Source: Candidatus Bathyarchaeota archaeon (lineage in GTDB: Archaea > Thermoproteota > Bathyarchaeia > Bathyarchaeales > Bathycorpusculaceae). Taken from it: 64,000 nt of DNA. The notes below the pieces were generated by a model. It made no database searches, was not told the DNA's origin, and saw nothing but the letters and a program-made list of their open reading frames with translations. Both the position numbers and the translations under genes were made by a program. Shown piece by piece: positions 9,205 to 20,392 of the stretch. Within the stretch, counting starts at the first letter, position 1; the number at the start of each line of letters is the position of its first letter. Location: the NCBI GenBank assembly GCA_963826715.1, contig CAWGYA010000002.1, positions 64,001 to 128,000 on the forward strand, read 5' to 3'.

Positions 9205-11601
9205 TTATTTTTTCTCCTTTTCGGTTTCAGCTACTTTACGTTTAACCTCTATTACACTGTCAGGATTAACTGAAATTGAATCTATTCCTAATCGAACCAG
9301 AAAAGCAGCAAATTCAGGATAATCACTAGGTGCCTGCCCACAGATACCAACTTTACGGCTAGGATGATGAGCATGAGCAGCCTTGATAAGGTCTTGAATA
9401 GAATCTTTCACTGCCTCATTACGTTCGTCGAAAAGATAAGCAAGCTCAGAAGAATCCCTATCAATACCCAGTACAAGCTGAGTTAAATCATTAGAGCCAA
9501 CTGAGAAACCGTCAAAGTGTTCAGCGAATTTGTCCGCTAAAATAATGTTAGAGGGTATCTCTGCCATAACATACACTTCAAACCCGTTCTTTCCTCTTTC
9601 AATGCCATTTCCAGCCATAACCTTAATGACTTTTTCAGCTTCGTCCACAGTTCTGCAAAACGGAATCATCACCACTATATTAGTCAATCCAATTTCTTCC
9701 CTAGCCCGCTTAATCGCTCGGCATTCAAGACCAAAACCTTCCCTATACCTGTCACTGTAGTATCGGCTGGCACCTCTAAACCCTAACATAGGATTGTCTT
9801 CTTTAGGTTCAAAGTATTTTCCGCCTATAAGATTAGCGTACTCATTAGTCTTAAAATCGCTCATCCGTACAATTACCTGATAAGGAAATTGAGCCGCAGC
9901 AATCCGAGCAATCCCCTTAGCCAAATTATCAACAAAATACTCAGTCTTGTCAGTGTAACCTTTTGTAAGCTCATTAATCCTGGAAATTACATCATCATCT
10001 TTTATGATGTCAAACTTTACCAAAGCCATTGGATGAATTTTAATGATGTTGGTGATTATGAACTCCATTCTTGCTAAACCGATACCTTCGCAGGGCAGTC
10101 TCCACCATCTGAAGGCCGCGTCAGGGCTTGCCATATTCATCATTATCTGCGTTTTTGTTTTAGGAATCCCTTCAATATCTACTTTAGATTTTTCAAATTT
10201 AAGAATGCCTTCATAGATGTGCCCTGTTTCGCCCTCTGCACATGACATTGTAATCTCCTTATCCGATTCTAGAACCTTAGTTGCTTTTTCTGTTCCCACG
10301 ATTGCAGGGATCCCTAATTCTCTACTTACAATGGCTGCATGGGAAGTTCGCCCCCCAAAATCAGTTATTATACCTGCAGCATCTTTCATGATGGTAACCC
10401 AATCAGGGTCTGTCATTTCAGTAACCAAGATATCGCCTTTTCTAAATTGATCTATGTTTTTGACATCTAGTATTTTGCATACTTTACCTGCAGCTATTGC
10501 TTCACCAATGCTTATACCAGTTATCAGTTCTTTTCCTTTCTCTTTAAGGGTATAAGACATTAGGAAACTGGATTCTTTCCGGCTTTGGACAGTTTCAGGT
10601 CTTGCCTGTACAATAAACAAGTCGCCGCTTTCTCCATCTTTAGCCCATTCAATGTCCATAGGTCTACTGTAATGTTCCTCAATTCGGCATCCCCAACGCG
10701 CTAATTGGAGTATTTCTTTATCAGTCAAAACAAACGCTTCTCGTTCTTTCTGTGATGTTTCAATGTTTTTTGTGGTATTTCCCAGTTCTTCAGAGTACAC
10801 TAGTTTTTTGCCCTTGCCCCCTACCGCTTTTTCTATTATTGGATTAATTTTTTCGTTGTTGAGCGGGGGTTTGAAGACAACGTAACGGTCAGGATTTATC
10901 GCTCCTTTTACGATGTATTCTCCTAATCCCCATCCAGCGTTAATGATGATTGTTTTTGGAAATCCTGTTTCGGTATCTATGGTAAACATTACTCCGGACC
11001 CAGCTTTGTCAGATCGAACCATTTTCATCACTCCGATAGAAAGCGCTACATCCATGTGTTTGAATCCTTTTTCAGTTCGATATGTTATTGCTCTATCAGT
11101 GAAAAGAGAAGCAAAACATTTTTTGCACGCTTCAAGAAGCTGTTCTTTTCCTTTAATGTTCAAGTATGATTCTTGTTGGCCTGCAAAGCTTGCATCCGGA
11201 AGGTCTTCGGCAGTAGCGCTACTTCTAACAGCAACATCAACATCTTTTTTTCCGTAACGTTCACATAATTTATCGTAGGCTTTTGTGATTGCATCAGCCA
11301 TCTCGTTTGGGAAAGATGCATTAAGAAACAGTTCACGAATGGAGGATCCAACTTTTTCTAGGGGTTTTCCGCCTTTGGCGAGTTCTTGCAGTTGCGATTC
11401 GATTCTGTTTCTTAAATTATTTTTCTCCACAAAATCCCAGTAAAGTTTAGCTGTAGTGGCGAATCCATCTGGAATGCGGATGCCTTCTTTTCTTAATGTA
11501 CGAATCATTTCTCCTAGCGAAGCGTTTTTTCCACCAACTTTTGGGACATCATGTATGGTAGATTCTTCAAACCACATTATGTAAGATTCTTGATTATTCA
11601 T
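9205..11601 (-). CDS. ppsA: phosphoenolpyruvate synthase
   Basis: VGGKNASLGEM, AVRSSATAEDLP, GGRTSHAAIVSRE phospho-His motif, SVGSNDLTQ. Confidence 0.95.
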   Translation of the reverse strand: MNNQESYIMWFEESTIHDVPKVGGKNASLGEMIRTLRKEGIRIPDGFATTAKLYWDFVEKNNLRNRIESQLQELAKGGKPLEKVGSSIRELFLNASFPNEMADAITKAYDKLCERYGKKDVDVAVRSSATAEDLPDASFAGQQESYLNIKGKEQLLEACKKCFASLFTDRAITYRTEKGFKHMDVALSIGVMKMVRSDKAGSGVMFTIDTETGFPKTIIINAGWGLGEYIVKGAINPDRYVVFKPPLNNEKINPIIEKAVGGKGKKLVYSEELGNTTKNIETSQKEREAFVLTDKEILQLARWGCRIEEHYSRPMDIEWAKDGESGDLFIVQARPETVQSRKESSFLMSYTLKEKGKELITGISIGEAIAAGKVCKILDVKNIDQFRKGDILVTEMTDPDWVTIMKDAAGIITDFGGRTSHAAIVSRELGIPAIVGTEKATKVLESDKEITMSCAEGETGHIYEGILKFEKSKVDIEGIPKTKTQIMMNMASPDAAFRWWRLPCEGIGLARMEFIITNIIKIHPMALVKFDIIKDDDVISRINELTKGYTDKTEYFVDNLAKGIARIAAAQFPYQVIVRMSDFKTNEYANLIGGKYFEPKEDNPMLGFRGASRYYSDRYREGFGLECRAIKRAREEIGLTNIVVMIPFCRTVDEAEKVIKVMAGNGIERGKNGFEVYVMAEIPSNIILADKFAEHFDGFSVGSNDLTQLVLGIDRDSSELAYLFDERNEAVKDSIQDLIKAAHAHHPSRKVGICGQAPSDYPEFAAFLVRLGIDSISVNPDSVIEVKRKVAETEKEKK

Positions 11602-11837
11602 GTCTACTCCTCCAAAATCCTTTATTTGAAAAAAACAATTGCTTTACGTCGCACAGACAAAAGAACTGACTCCGCAAAAAGGTTAAGTGATTCAACCTTA
11701 AAAATGAATGGGGAATTTTCTGAAATTACGAAGCCAAAGAAGGCGATGCTCGGCTAAACTACATTCTGTGGGTTGCCTGAAGCGAAGGATTCCTGGAGTA
11801 TATATCCTATTTTTCTGAATAAATGTTCGCTCTCACT

Positions 11838-14282
11838 CTATTCACGAAATTTAATTCCAGTATGGTCAAGTAGTTTGTACAAGCGTACTTTTGCAAAGTC
11901 AGTTAAGACAAAGAGAAGCAACGCATAACCCCACACCAGAGCGGCCAGTTCCCAGCCCATTGCGGGGAGCAGAATCCCGTAAACAGTGATTATCGTGGCG
12001 GTAAGTTGAGTAGCTATAACTGCAAATAGTAGCGGTTTTGCGGGTTTAACTGACCAAAAGTGACCCTTAGTCCTCGCAACAAACACAGTCAAATGCCCTG
12101 CAACAGAAAGTTTGAGGTATATAAATGACTGCAGAATAAGGGGGTTTAACTTAAGAACAACCAATCCGATGTAGAAAATTCCGAAAGTTGAGAATACCCC
12201 GATTATTCCAAGAAACGTGGCTATTCCCAGCAGTGTTCTCATGTCCCATTTCTCAGGTTTATCCGAGTACTTCACATTATCATAAGCTATTGTCATGATC
12301 GGCAGGTCATTTAGAAGAGCAAGCAAAACAAGCATCAGGGCAGTAACAGGGTAAAACTGGAAAATGACGATTGCTGAAGTCATGAAAAGCAGAATCCGTA
12401 TCGTTTCTGCGATTCGGTAGGTGCAATAATTCGTCATGCGCTGGAAAATCTTGCGACTCTCTTTTATCGCGTCGATAATAACAGAAAGCCCCGGCTTAGT
12501 CAGAACTATGTCCGCAGCCGATTTTGCAGCGTCAGTGGCGCCCTCGACAGCAATACCCGCATTAGCTTTCTTCAAAGCAGGAGCGTCATTAACTCCATCT
12601 CCAGTCATACCAACAACATGGTCTTTTTCTTGGAGAAGCTCCACAATGCGGTACTTGTGCTCAGGGAAGACCTCGGCAAAACCTTCAGCTTCTTCAACTA
12701 CGCGTTGCGCCTCGCTGTCAGACTTATTCAAAAAAGCCTCAGGCAAAACAATATCGTTTCCAAGGTTTACTTGGCCAGAAATTTCTTTGGCAATAGCTAT
12801 GTGGTCGCCCGTGACCATTTTCACATTGACACCCATCGATTGAGCGGTTTTTATTGTTTGAGCCGAATCTTCCCTGGGTGGATCGAATAAAGCAATTAGA
12901 CCTGCAAATTGCCACTTGTTTTCATTGCTTGTTCGAGCCACACCTAGCGCACGGTACCCTTTCTTGGCAAATTCATTAACATCTTCTGTTAATTTTTTGT
13001 TGATTGATTTCTTGTCGTCGATCAAAGCCAGAATTGCTTGAGGTGCTCCCTTAGTTACTTTAAACTGGCTTTCATTTTCTTGCACTGTGGCCTCAGCTCT
13101 TTTAATGACAGGATCAAACGGCTTGAAACTGGCAACTATGATATGACCAATTCTTTCAGAAATGGCGGGTGTGCTCTTGGTTTTGGTTAAGATTGCTTCG
13201 TCGATAGGGTCTTTATCTTCTTCTCTGGAAGCGAGTGCACTGAAAAGTAGTAAATCATTTTCTGTGAATTTATCATAAGGTTTGGTTCCTCCCAGGGTAA
13301 GCTCGTTTTTGGTTATCGTGCCTGTTTTGTCTGAGCATAGCACATCCATGCTTGCCATTTCTTCGATTGCAACCAATTTGCTAACGATTGCCTCTTTTTT
13401 GGCGAGGGCTATGGCGCCTATGGCCATTGTAACTGAGAGAACCGCGGGAAGCGCTGCAGGTATTCCTGCAACAGTTAAGATCAATGCAAATTGGATGATG
13501 TCTAAGATGTTTTGGCCTCGAAAGATCGAAACTAAAACGATAACTATTACGAGTCCTATCGCCAAGAAAATCAGGTAATCGCCTATTTTGCTGATGGCTT
13601 TTTGAAAGTGGCTTGGAGTTTGGGCTTGTTCTACTAATTTAGCGGTTTTGCCGAAGAAAGTTTTGGCGGCAGTGTTTACTACAAGCGCGTTCATTTCGCC
13701 TTGTTTGACAATTGAGCTTGCGTATCCTATGTCAGAGAGATGTTTTTCAACAGGAAGCGACTCTCCCGTAAGTGCAGATTCGTCGGTTAAAAGATAATCT
13801 CCATCTATCAGTTTTACGTCAGCGGGAATGATATCTCCTAAACGAAGGCGAACAATATCTCCCGGCACCAGTTTTTCAGCCGGCATTCCCTGCCATTTCC
13901 CATCTCGCAGGACACGCGTTTTTAAGGCTAGTCTTTTCTTTAGCAGTTCTATAGCATTACCTGCTTTACGCTCCTGCCACGACCCTACTATGGCATTTAC
14001 CATTAGCAATGTCAAGATTATTGCAAAATCAGGCCATCGTTGGATAAATGCAGACATTATTACTGCGGCTTCAATCATCCATGGTATTGGACCCCAAAAA
14101 TAGTGAAGAAACTTTAGTAGTGGGTTAACTTTTTTCTCCTGAATTTCATTAGGACCGTATTGCACAATTCGTTTTTCTGCTTCGGAGGAAGAAAGACCGT
14201 CTTTGCCCGCCGAAAGGGTGCTTAATAGTTCATCAATATTGGCTTTCTTTGCCTCCTCTGTCGTTAAGAGACCTTCACTCAT
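11838..14282 (-). CDS. plasma-membrane proton-efflux P-type ATPase (P3A)
   Basis: LCSDKTGTIT, TGES, KGAPQ, GDGVNDAPALK, ALLNDLPIMTIAYD. Confidence 0.92.
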   Translation of the reverse strand: MSEGLLTTEEAKKANIDELLSTLSAGKDGLSSSEAEKRIVQYGPNEIQEKKVNPLLKFLHYFWGPIPWMIEAAVIMSAFIQRWPDFAIILTLLMVNAIVGSWQERKAGNAIELLKKRLALKTRVLRDGKWQGMPAEKLVPGDIVRLRLGDIIPADVKLIDGDYLLTDESALTGESLPVEKHLSDIGYASSIVKQGEMNALVVNTAAKTFFGKTAKLVEQAQTPSHFQKAISKIGDYLIFLAIGLVIVIVLVSIFRGQNILDIIQFALILTVAGIPAALPAVLSVTMAIGAIALAKKEAIVSKLVAIEEMASMDVLCSDKTGTITKNELTLGGTKPYDKFTENDLLLFSALASREEDKDPIDEAILTKTKSTPAISERIGHIIVASFKPFDPVIKRAEATVQENESQFKVTKGAPQAILALIDDKKSINKKLTEDVNEFAKKGYRALGVARTSNENKWQFAGLIALFDPPREDSAQTIKTAQSMGVNVKMVTGDHIAIAKEISGQVNLGNDIVLPEAFLNKSDSEAQRVVEEAEGFAEVFPEHKYRIVELLQEKDHVVGMTGDGVNDAPALKKANAGIAVEGATDAAKSAADIVLTKPGLSVIIDAIKESRKIFQRMTNYCTYRIAETIRILLFMTSAIVIFQFYPVTALMLVLLALLNDLPIMTIAYDNVKYSDKPEKWDMRTLLGIATFLGIIGVFSTFGIFYIGLVVLKLNPLILQSFIYLKLSVAGHLTVFVARTKGHFWSVKPAKPLLFAVIATQLTATIITVYGILLPAMGWELAALVWGYALLLFVLTDFAKVRLYKLLDHTGIKFRE

Positions 14283-15601
14283 AAATTGACACTCTCTATC
14301 AGGTTGGTCATTTCAGCCTTGAGTTCATCAAGTCTTTTTTGCTCTCTTGCCTCTATTGATAAGCGGAGTATAGGTGATGTGTTTGACGCTCTGATAAGAG
14401 CCCACGAATCTGGAAAAACAATTTTGACGCCATCAATTGTGTCTATGTTTTGATATATCTCAATTGCTTTTGTTTTTATCTTTTTGACAACTTGAAACTT
14501 TGTTTCGTCTGAGCATTTTATTTCGATTCTTTCAAAAAGCCTCGATGGTAATTCTTTCACTGCTTCTGACAGTTTCTGCCCCATTTTTGAGACTATTTCT
14601 ATCATGTACATACTGTTTATTATAGCATCGTCAAACCAGAAGAACTTTGGAACACATATGTGACCGGATTCTTCAACGCCAATAACAGCTTTATGTTTCT
14701 TGGTTTCCTGCACCAAAAACGTGTGGCCAACTGGTACTCTAAAAACTTTTTCCCCGTATTTCTTAACTTCATCCTCTATGATGTCTGAGCATTCTATGTT
14801 GGCAACGACAGGACCCCTCTGAGTTTTCATAATTTCCCTGATGAAGAGGATGGCGCTTTGCTCGGTCATGATAACTTTGCCCGTATCGTCAACAAAAATG
14901 GCTCTGTCGCCATCGCCATCAAACGCTATTCCGAGGTTTGCCTTCTCAGCCACAACCTTTTTGCAGAGAGCAGTCAAGGCTTCTGGTTTCGGTTCAGGGT
15001 CTCTATTCGAGAATGTTGGGTCGGGCCAATCAAATAGGAAAGTGGCTTTGATACCGATTTTCTTCAGTATATTAGGCACCAACAGGCACGCGGCACCGTT
15101 TCCGAAATCGACAACCACGCGGATTCGCTCTGGTTTTATTTTTTCAGCCACGAAATTAGCGTATTCTGTATTCATTCCCTCAATCTTCTTCGCTGACCCG
15201 GCGCCTGTTTTAAAATTTTCTGAGGAGCTTATCTCGCCCAGTTCTTTGTTTTCATCTTCGAAGAAGCCGACTCCGTCTTGATGGAAGAATTTGACGCCAT
15301 TCCACTCCGCTGGCAGATGAGACGCGGTTATATATGCGGTTACATCGTTTTTCATTTTCCAGTTGGCAAAGACGCACAAGCTCGCAGGGCAGGTTCCAAT
15401 GAGATTTGCATTTGACCCTGTTTTTTTTAATCCTGAAACGAAGGCCGCCTCAAGTTGGACTCCATGCTCCCTGAAGTCTCTTCCAATCGTAAAAGTGCCA
15501 GGACACAAGGTTCCAGCGGCTTGACCTATTCGGGTCATAATCTCTTCTGTCAAATCTTTACCGTAAATTCCTCTTATGTCGTAAGCTCTAAAGATACCCA
15601 T
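14279..15601 (-). CDS. phosphomannomutase/phosphoglucomutase
   Basis: IFRAYDIRG, ITASHLP, FDGDGDR, GVEESGH, RASNTSP. Confidence 0.92.
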   Translation of the reverse strand: MGIFRAYDIRGIYGKDLTEEIMTRIGQAAGTLCPGTFTIGRDFREHGVQLEAAFVSGLKKTGSNANLIGTCPASLCVFANWKMKNDVTAYITASHLPAEWNGVKFFHQDGVGFFEDENKELGEISSSENFKTGAGSAKKIEGMNTEYANFVAEKIKPERIRVVVDFGNGAACLLVPNILKKIGIKATFLFDWPDPTFSNRDPEPKPEALTALCKKVVAEKANLGIAFDGDGDRAIFVDDTGKVIMTEQSAILFIREIMKTQRGPVVANIECSDIIEDEVKKYGEKVFRVPVGHTFLVQETKKHKAVIGVEESGHICVPKFFWFDDAIINSMYMIEIVSKMGQKLSEAVKELPSRLFERIEIKCSDETKFQVVKKIKTKAIEIYQNIDTIDGVKIVFPDSWALIRASNTSPILRLSIEAREQKRLDELKAEMTNLIESVNL

Positions 15602-15607
15602 TTTCTA

Positions 15608-16005
15608 TCACTTCACAGTTTTGGATTCAAAATGTTCATAGACCCAAACGCCGATTTTGACATCTCGCCCAGAAATTTTTATGCTTGAAGTCTCGGGTAA
15701 TAGTTTTATGAATTTTGATGGAGCCCATTCTTCAGGATACTCCATTTGCCAGCCGTCAGGCGTTAATTTCTGTTTAAGATAGCCTTTTTTGCTGACTAAG
15801 GTTAATACAACTAACGGAATTCTCAAATCTGCACTTGACCTAATCACGTCACCCGCCAAAACACCTAATCCCCCGCTATACGATGGCATGGTAGAGTCAT
15901 GCAATACTCGCTGTCAAAATAATATTGCTTAGTCAAAAAATTCGCGGCGAACTGAGTTGTGGATGGGTCTAAAGGCATTCCACAAACAGGATCCTTGACA
16001 AGCAT
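15608..16005 (-). pseudogene. truncated YHS-domain/alpha-glucan phosphorylase
   Basis: ATG at 16005 encodes MLVKDPVCGMPLDP...QYYFDSEYC (YHS). After a frameshift, PSYSGGLGVLAGD (phosphorylase N-terminus) follows, truncated after about 95 aa. Confidence 0.75.
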
Positions 16006-16441
16006 ATAAACAAAAACCTCACTTAAGAAAGAGTGCTACTTTCAGCAATAATTAGTTTTCGTTCAGTCAAAAATGCGTTTTCGAACGTTTATTATTTGAG
16101 GCAGCCGAGACTCTGATACGTCTTTGGCTGAAGAGCATTCGTATAGTATTTTTAAAACCGTTGAGTATTTAAAAGAAACTATTCTTCACTCCCCGACGAG
16201 TTCAAATCGAAATAAACAACAATTTTCTAAAATTAAAAGTATTTTCATCTAATCTTAACTATGCTTGAAGAAACTTGCACAGAATTAACTTAATTGGTAA
16301 TACTCTCATATCCTATTATTAACTTGCTCAAATGCAAAAACGAAAATTGCCTCAATCTTGACGACACTACAGGTAGGCTAAAAAATTGGTGCACACTTAA
16401 ATGTAATTCAGAGCTAAACTTTTAGAGAATGGTGATTTTAA

Positions 16442-16872
<431 letters not shown>

Positions 16873-17143
16873 CACAATATCTGGGTCCACCTTAGGATTG
16901 GCAGCATCAACCCCTTTGAAACCGAAAACTTTTTTCCATTATTTTCTAAGCATTTGTTGTACTGAGGCGCGTAGAGACTTTTTCAAAATAGTTTAATATT
17001 GCTCTAGGCATGAATTTAATTACTTACAGTTGAATGCTTATGGATGAATTGCTACAGAATAGAGATTTGCATACATGGAAGAAACAACGTTCACGCTTTT
17101 CCTGTTTAGAGACCCATAAATAGGCTTTTGGTGGTTTAGAAAA

Positions 17144-17647
17144 ATGGAGAAAAATGTTAGTTCAAACAAAGGACAACTGGCTTTAGCAGAGGTTGTTGAT
17201 TGCGTTAAGAACCATTTGGAAATCGCAGGATACAATGTTACAACGCTCGCCGATAAATTTGGGATTGGCGTGAACATAAATGCTACAAAAAATAAAGAAA
17301 ATTTCGCAATTGTGGCAGTGGGGAAAAATAAAGAAAGCTCTATTACCATACAATCAAAAGAGATTTTGTTCGCTATTGGTGAAATAGTAAGGAAAATGAA
17401 AAAACTTGACATATGGAGTTTTTATGGAATTGCCATCCCCAAAAGCTATTTCAAACTTTTGACGGACTTTGAGATTTACGGGGTTCAGCGGTTAGATTTT
17501 CATCTTTTCATTGTCGAGAATGTTTGGTCTCTATATCATCTTGATTCAAGAGCAACAATTGAGCTCATTCAAAATCTCAAGGCAGACAAACCTGAACTCC
17601 TAAGAGATTTAGATGTTGATTTCAAGAACTATGATTATGATATTTAA
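17144..17647 (+). CDS. hypothetical protein, possible degenerate restriction-endonuclease fold
   Basis: GYNV...GVNINATK..ENFAIVAVG aligns with the GxDIxAxK..IEAKG pattern, with catalytic residues replaced. Confidence 0.5.
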   Translation: MEKNVSSNKGQLALAEVVDCVKNHLEIAGYNVTTLADKFGIGVNINATKNKENFAIVAVGKNKESSITIQSKEILFAIGEIVRKMKKLDIWSFYGIAIPKSYFKLLTDFEIYGVQRLDFHLFIVENVWSLYHLDSRATIELIQNLKADKPELLRDLDVDFKNYDYDI

Positions 17648-17708
17648 TTTTGAACTCTAACTAAATATAGACTAAAAGAATAGAATAAAATTTCCGGAGG
17701 AAGTAATA

Positions 17709-18005
17709 TTGTCTGAGCCAGTTTCAACAAAATTGAGACTTCTCGAAGGGGTTATGTTTAAGGTTGAATTTGACGTAGATGGTGTTTCAAACCTTGTTGT
17801 CGATGAAATGAAGCCTATTGGGGACGGTTTGGGACCTAATCCTACGCGGTTATTGTCAGCTGCAGTTGGTCAATGTCTGGGCTCTAGTCTTTTGTACTGT
17901 CTGGGCAAATCCAAAATAAAAGTCAAGAAGTTTGACACATTAGTCAAGGCTGATGTCGAAAGGAATGAAGACGGTTATCTTAGAGTTGCAGGCTTAGATG
18001 TCTAA
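17709..18005 (+). pseudogene. OsmC/Ohr family protein, C-terminally truncated
   Basis: DE..P.G...GPNPTRLLSAAVGQCL motif; lacks the C-terminal second-Cys region. Confidence 0.65.
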
Positions 18006-18853
18006 TTTTGGGTATCGTCCTCTTTTTTGCAAAAGGCATCCAAGATATGCTCGTATTACCCGTCTTTGGAGTGATATTTTGCTTATTGCCGGAATTCTTT
18101 ACAAGCCCCACAAGAAAAAGACTTAAAAAAAGTACAAGCGACGCACCGTAGAGCCCAAAATAATTCATGTGACAGTTTTTTTACTGGTAAATTGGGGTTA
18201 TGATCCCCCAATACTGTTGAATATCCAGTAACACATTGAAAATAAAACCGGTTGAACTGCGGTTAATTCTTTTCTTTAACGGTATTGAACCCAACTGGTT
18301 TAGAGGCGGGAGTCTACTAACATTGGTCCAAATTTATGAAAATAGCATTATTAAATGGGTTTGAGCATAGGGACTCATACCGTTACAAGGGATAAGTCCG
18401 GTTCGGCCCACCACAAAAATTCTAAAATACCATAGCCTTTAAGGATTAACTATTTTCGTCTTCACAAATAATTCAAAAAAAAGAAAAAGAAGAAGGGGTG
18501 GTGCACCATCATCTTTCTTCTATTGGAAGAAAAATCTTGTTGTGCAATATTTTTTATTCGGCAGATTAATTTTTACTAAGGGGAAAAAGCGGCAATAAAA
18601 TGAAAAGGACAAATAAACTGTCCAGAATAAGTAAACAGATTTGAGGAAAGGAGCTTTCACTGGCGCTTGTCCACACCACCACCTTTTTGTCAAATTTGGG
18701 GCTCCCAAGATATATGGGAAACATGAAAGGGGCTTTACGCGTGCATAGCAAGCGACACTTAGTGAAAGCCATAATATGTTTTGGCGTAATTACTTTTGTA
18801 TTTTACGGATGAAAAAGATGAATTGTTAATAAACAAAAAAACCCGTGCGGGTT

Positions 18854-19120
18854 TTATTTTTTTCGAGATTCGATGATTCCGCGACATTTATCTGCGAATT
18901 GACAATATTGAAGACATGCAGCGTTGCTATCGGGACGTTTCCATTCCGCTCCACAGCTTTGGCAAGTAGTTTTATCTTCGTCAGTCCAAATTTCCATTTC
19001 TCCTCCGCAAACATGACAGTTTATGTAGGCAGGTTTTGGCTGCAGTAAATCACGCAGACCTGGACATGTTTCTGGGTTTTTGGCTATAGGTTTATCAGAG
19101 CTCAACAATGTCACCTCCAA
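18854..19120 (-). CDS. small Cys-rich Zn-ribbon protein (start uncertain)
   Basis: CPG...CHVCGGEMEIWTDE...CQSCG...CLQYCQFADKC. Confidence 0.75.
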   Translation of the reverse strand: MEVTLLSSDKPIAKNPETCPGLRDLLQPKPAYINCHVCGGEMEIWTDEDKTTCQSCGAEWKRPDSNAACLQYCQFADKCRGIIESRKK

Positions 19121-19733
19121 CTTTTACTTCCAACTCTTTAACAGGAATATTTTTGCCTGAGGCTTCCAACGCCTTGGTCACTGCCCATTTAAGCCCTGTA
19201 CAACAAGGGACTTCCATATGCATAACTGTAACTGATGATATGTTATTGTTCTGGAATATTTCAGATAACTTCTGTGCATATTCACGGGCATCATTGAATT
19301 TTGGACAGCCGATGATCACGTATTTTGATTTCATATATTCTTGAAAGGTTTTCAGAGCCACGGGTGCGCAGTCGGCAGCAAGGAGAATATGTGCATTCTC
19401 GTAAAATGGCGCCTTAGGCGGTACGAGGTTTATTTTGACAGGCCATTGGGGTTTTTTCCCTACCTCGTTGGTTGGTTTAGACGTTTGTGAGGTCTTTGCT
19501 TTCTGGAATTCGTGCACCTCTGCCTCGTTAAAGGCTTCAGCTTCGCGTTCGGTAATGGTTATAGCGCCCTTTGGGCACTGTCCAAGACAAGCACCTAATC
19601 CATCACAATACGTTTCCTTGATAATTCGCGCTTTTCCATCTACAATTTGCAAGGCGCCTTCGACACATTTGGGTATGCATTCACCGCAACCGTTGCATAG
19701 TGATTCATCAATATTTACGATTTTTCTTTTCAT
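19095..19733 (-). CDS. 4Fe-4S ferredoxin-domain protein
   Basis: CNGCGECIPKC, CDGLGACLGQCP, QWPVKI, GCPK, MEVPCC; ATG at 19733 overlaps the ArsR stop. Confidence 0.88.
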   Translation of the reverse strand: MKRKIVNIDESLCNGCGECIPKCVEGALQIVDGKARIIKETYCDGLGACLGQCPKGAITITEREAEAFNEAEVHEFQKAKTSQTSKPTNEVGKKPQWPVKINLVPPKAPFYENAHILLAADCAPVALKTFQEYMKSKYVIIGCPKFNDAREYAQKLSEIFQNNNISSVTVMHMEVPCCTGLKWAVTKALEASGKNIPVKELEVKVGGDIVEL

Positions 19734-20062
19734 GGTTTTTCCTCCCGTAGGCATTTTCCGCCCGAGGGACAATATTTTTGGGCATGGTTTTCTATGGCGG
19801 CGAAGATGGGTTTGATTGTTTCTCGGTTGACACTCAGAATGTGTTGTTTACCCTGATGATTGATTGTTATTATGTTGCAGCGCAGTAAGGGTTTTAGGTT
19901 GTGTGAGATCATGCTTTGTTCTTGCCCTAAAGCTGTGGCAAGTTCGGTGACGCTCATAGGTTTTGTCATGAGTTGCTCAATGGCGGCTAGGCGAGTAGGG
20001 TTGGATAAGTTGGTAAAGAATTGGTGACAGATCGTTGTTAGGCTTTTTTTCGTTTCCCACAT
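19730..20062 (-). CDS. ArsR/SmtB family regulator
   Basis: LSNPTRL...MSVTELA...QSMISHNLKPL. Confidence 0.88.
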   Translation of the reverse strand: MWETKKSLTTICHQFFTNLSNPTRLAAIEQLMTKPMSVTELATALGQEQSMISHNLKPLLRCNIITINHQGKQHILSVNRETIKPIFAAIENHAQKYCPSGGKCLREEKP

Positions 20063-20135
20063 CTCCAGACCTTAAATGAATTATATTTCATATGAATAAA
20101 ACGTCATATAAATTTGTCGGTGGAAAACAATCAAA

Positions 20136-20291
20136 TTACAGAGTGTACCGATCAAAATTCATACCTGAACCTGTATCAGGTGTCACAAAAAAGAAAATAA
20201 ACCCGCAATCACAGCACTTAATTTCCTGGTTTCTCTGACGCTCAACTTTTAGCGAACCACATTTTGGGCAACGCATCAACAAATCATCCAC
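20136..20291 (-). CDS. CPxCG-type Zn-finger microprotein (46-51 aa)
   Basis: Manual translation (MDDLL)MRCPKCGSLKVERQRNQEIKCCDCGFIFFFVTPDTGSGMNFDRYTL. Confidence 0.65.
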   Translation of the reverse strand: MDDLLMRCPKCGSLKVERQRNQEIKCCDCGFIFFFVTPDTGSGMNFDRYTL

Positions 20292-20392
20292 AAATTACCT
20301 TATTCGTCCATTCTTAAATATTACTCTGCCCCAAATCTAAAGGGCAACGTATTTGAGCAGCCACATATTAAATGTTTGCGAAGGATGTAAAT

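Noticed and set aside
9530-15688. Many plus-strand ORFs of 60-146 aa
   Set aside because: Antisense shadows of ppsA, the ATPase and PMM
16102-16130. Hairpin CAGCCGAGAC/GTCTTTGGCTG
   Set aside because: Isolated, with no recognisable family or second copy
18490-18515. Minus-strand AUGAUGG followed by UGCACCACC (16S-like complement)
   Set aside because: No D' box follows; probably chance
18520-18772. Two overlapping short minus-strand ORFs
   Set aside because: No motifs; cannot tell which, if either, is real
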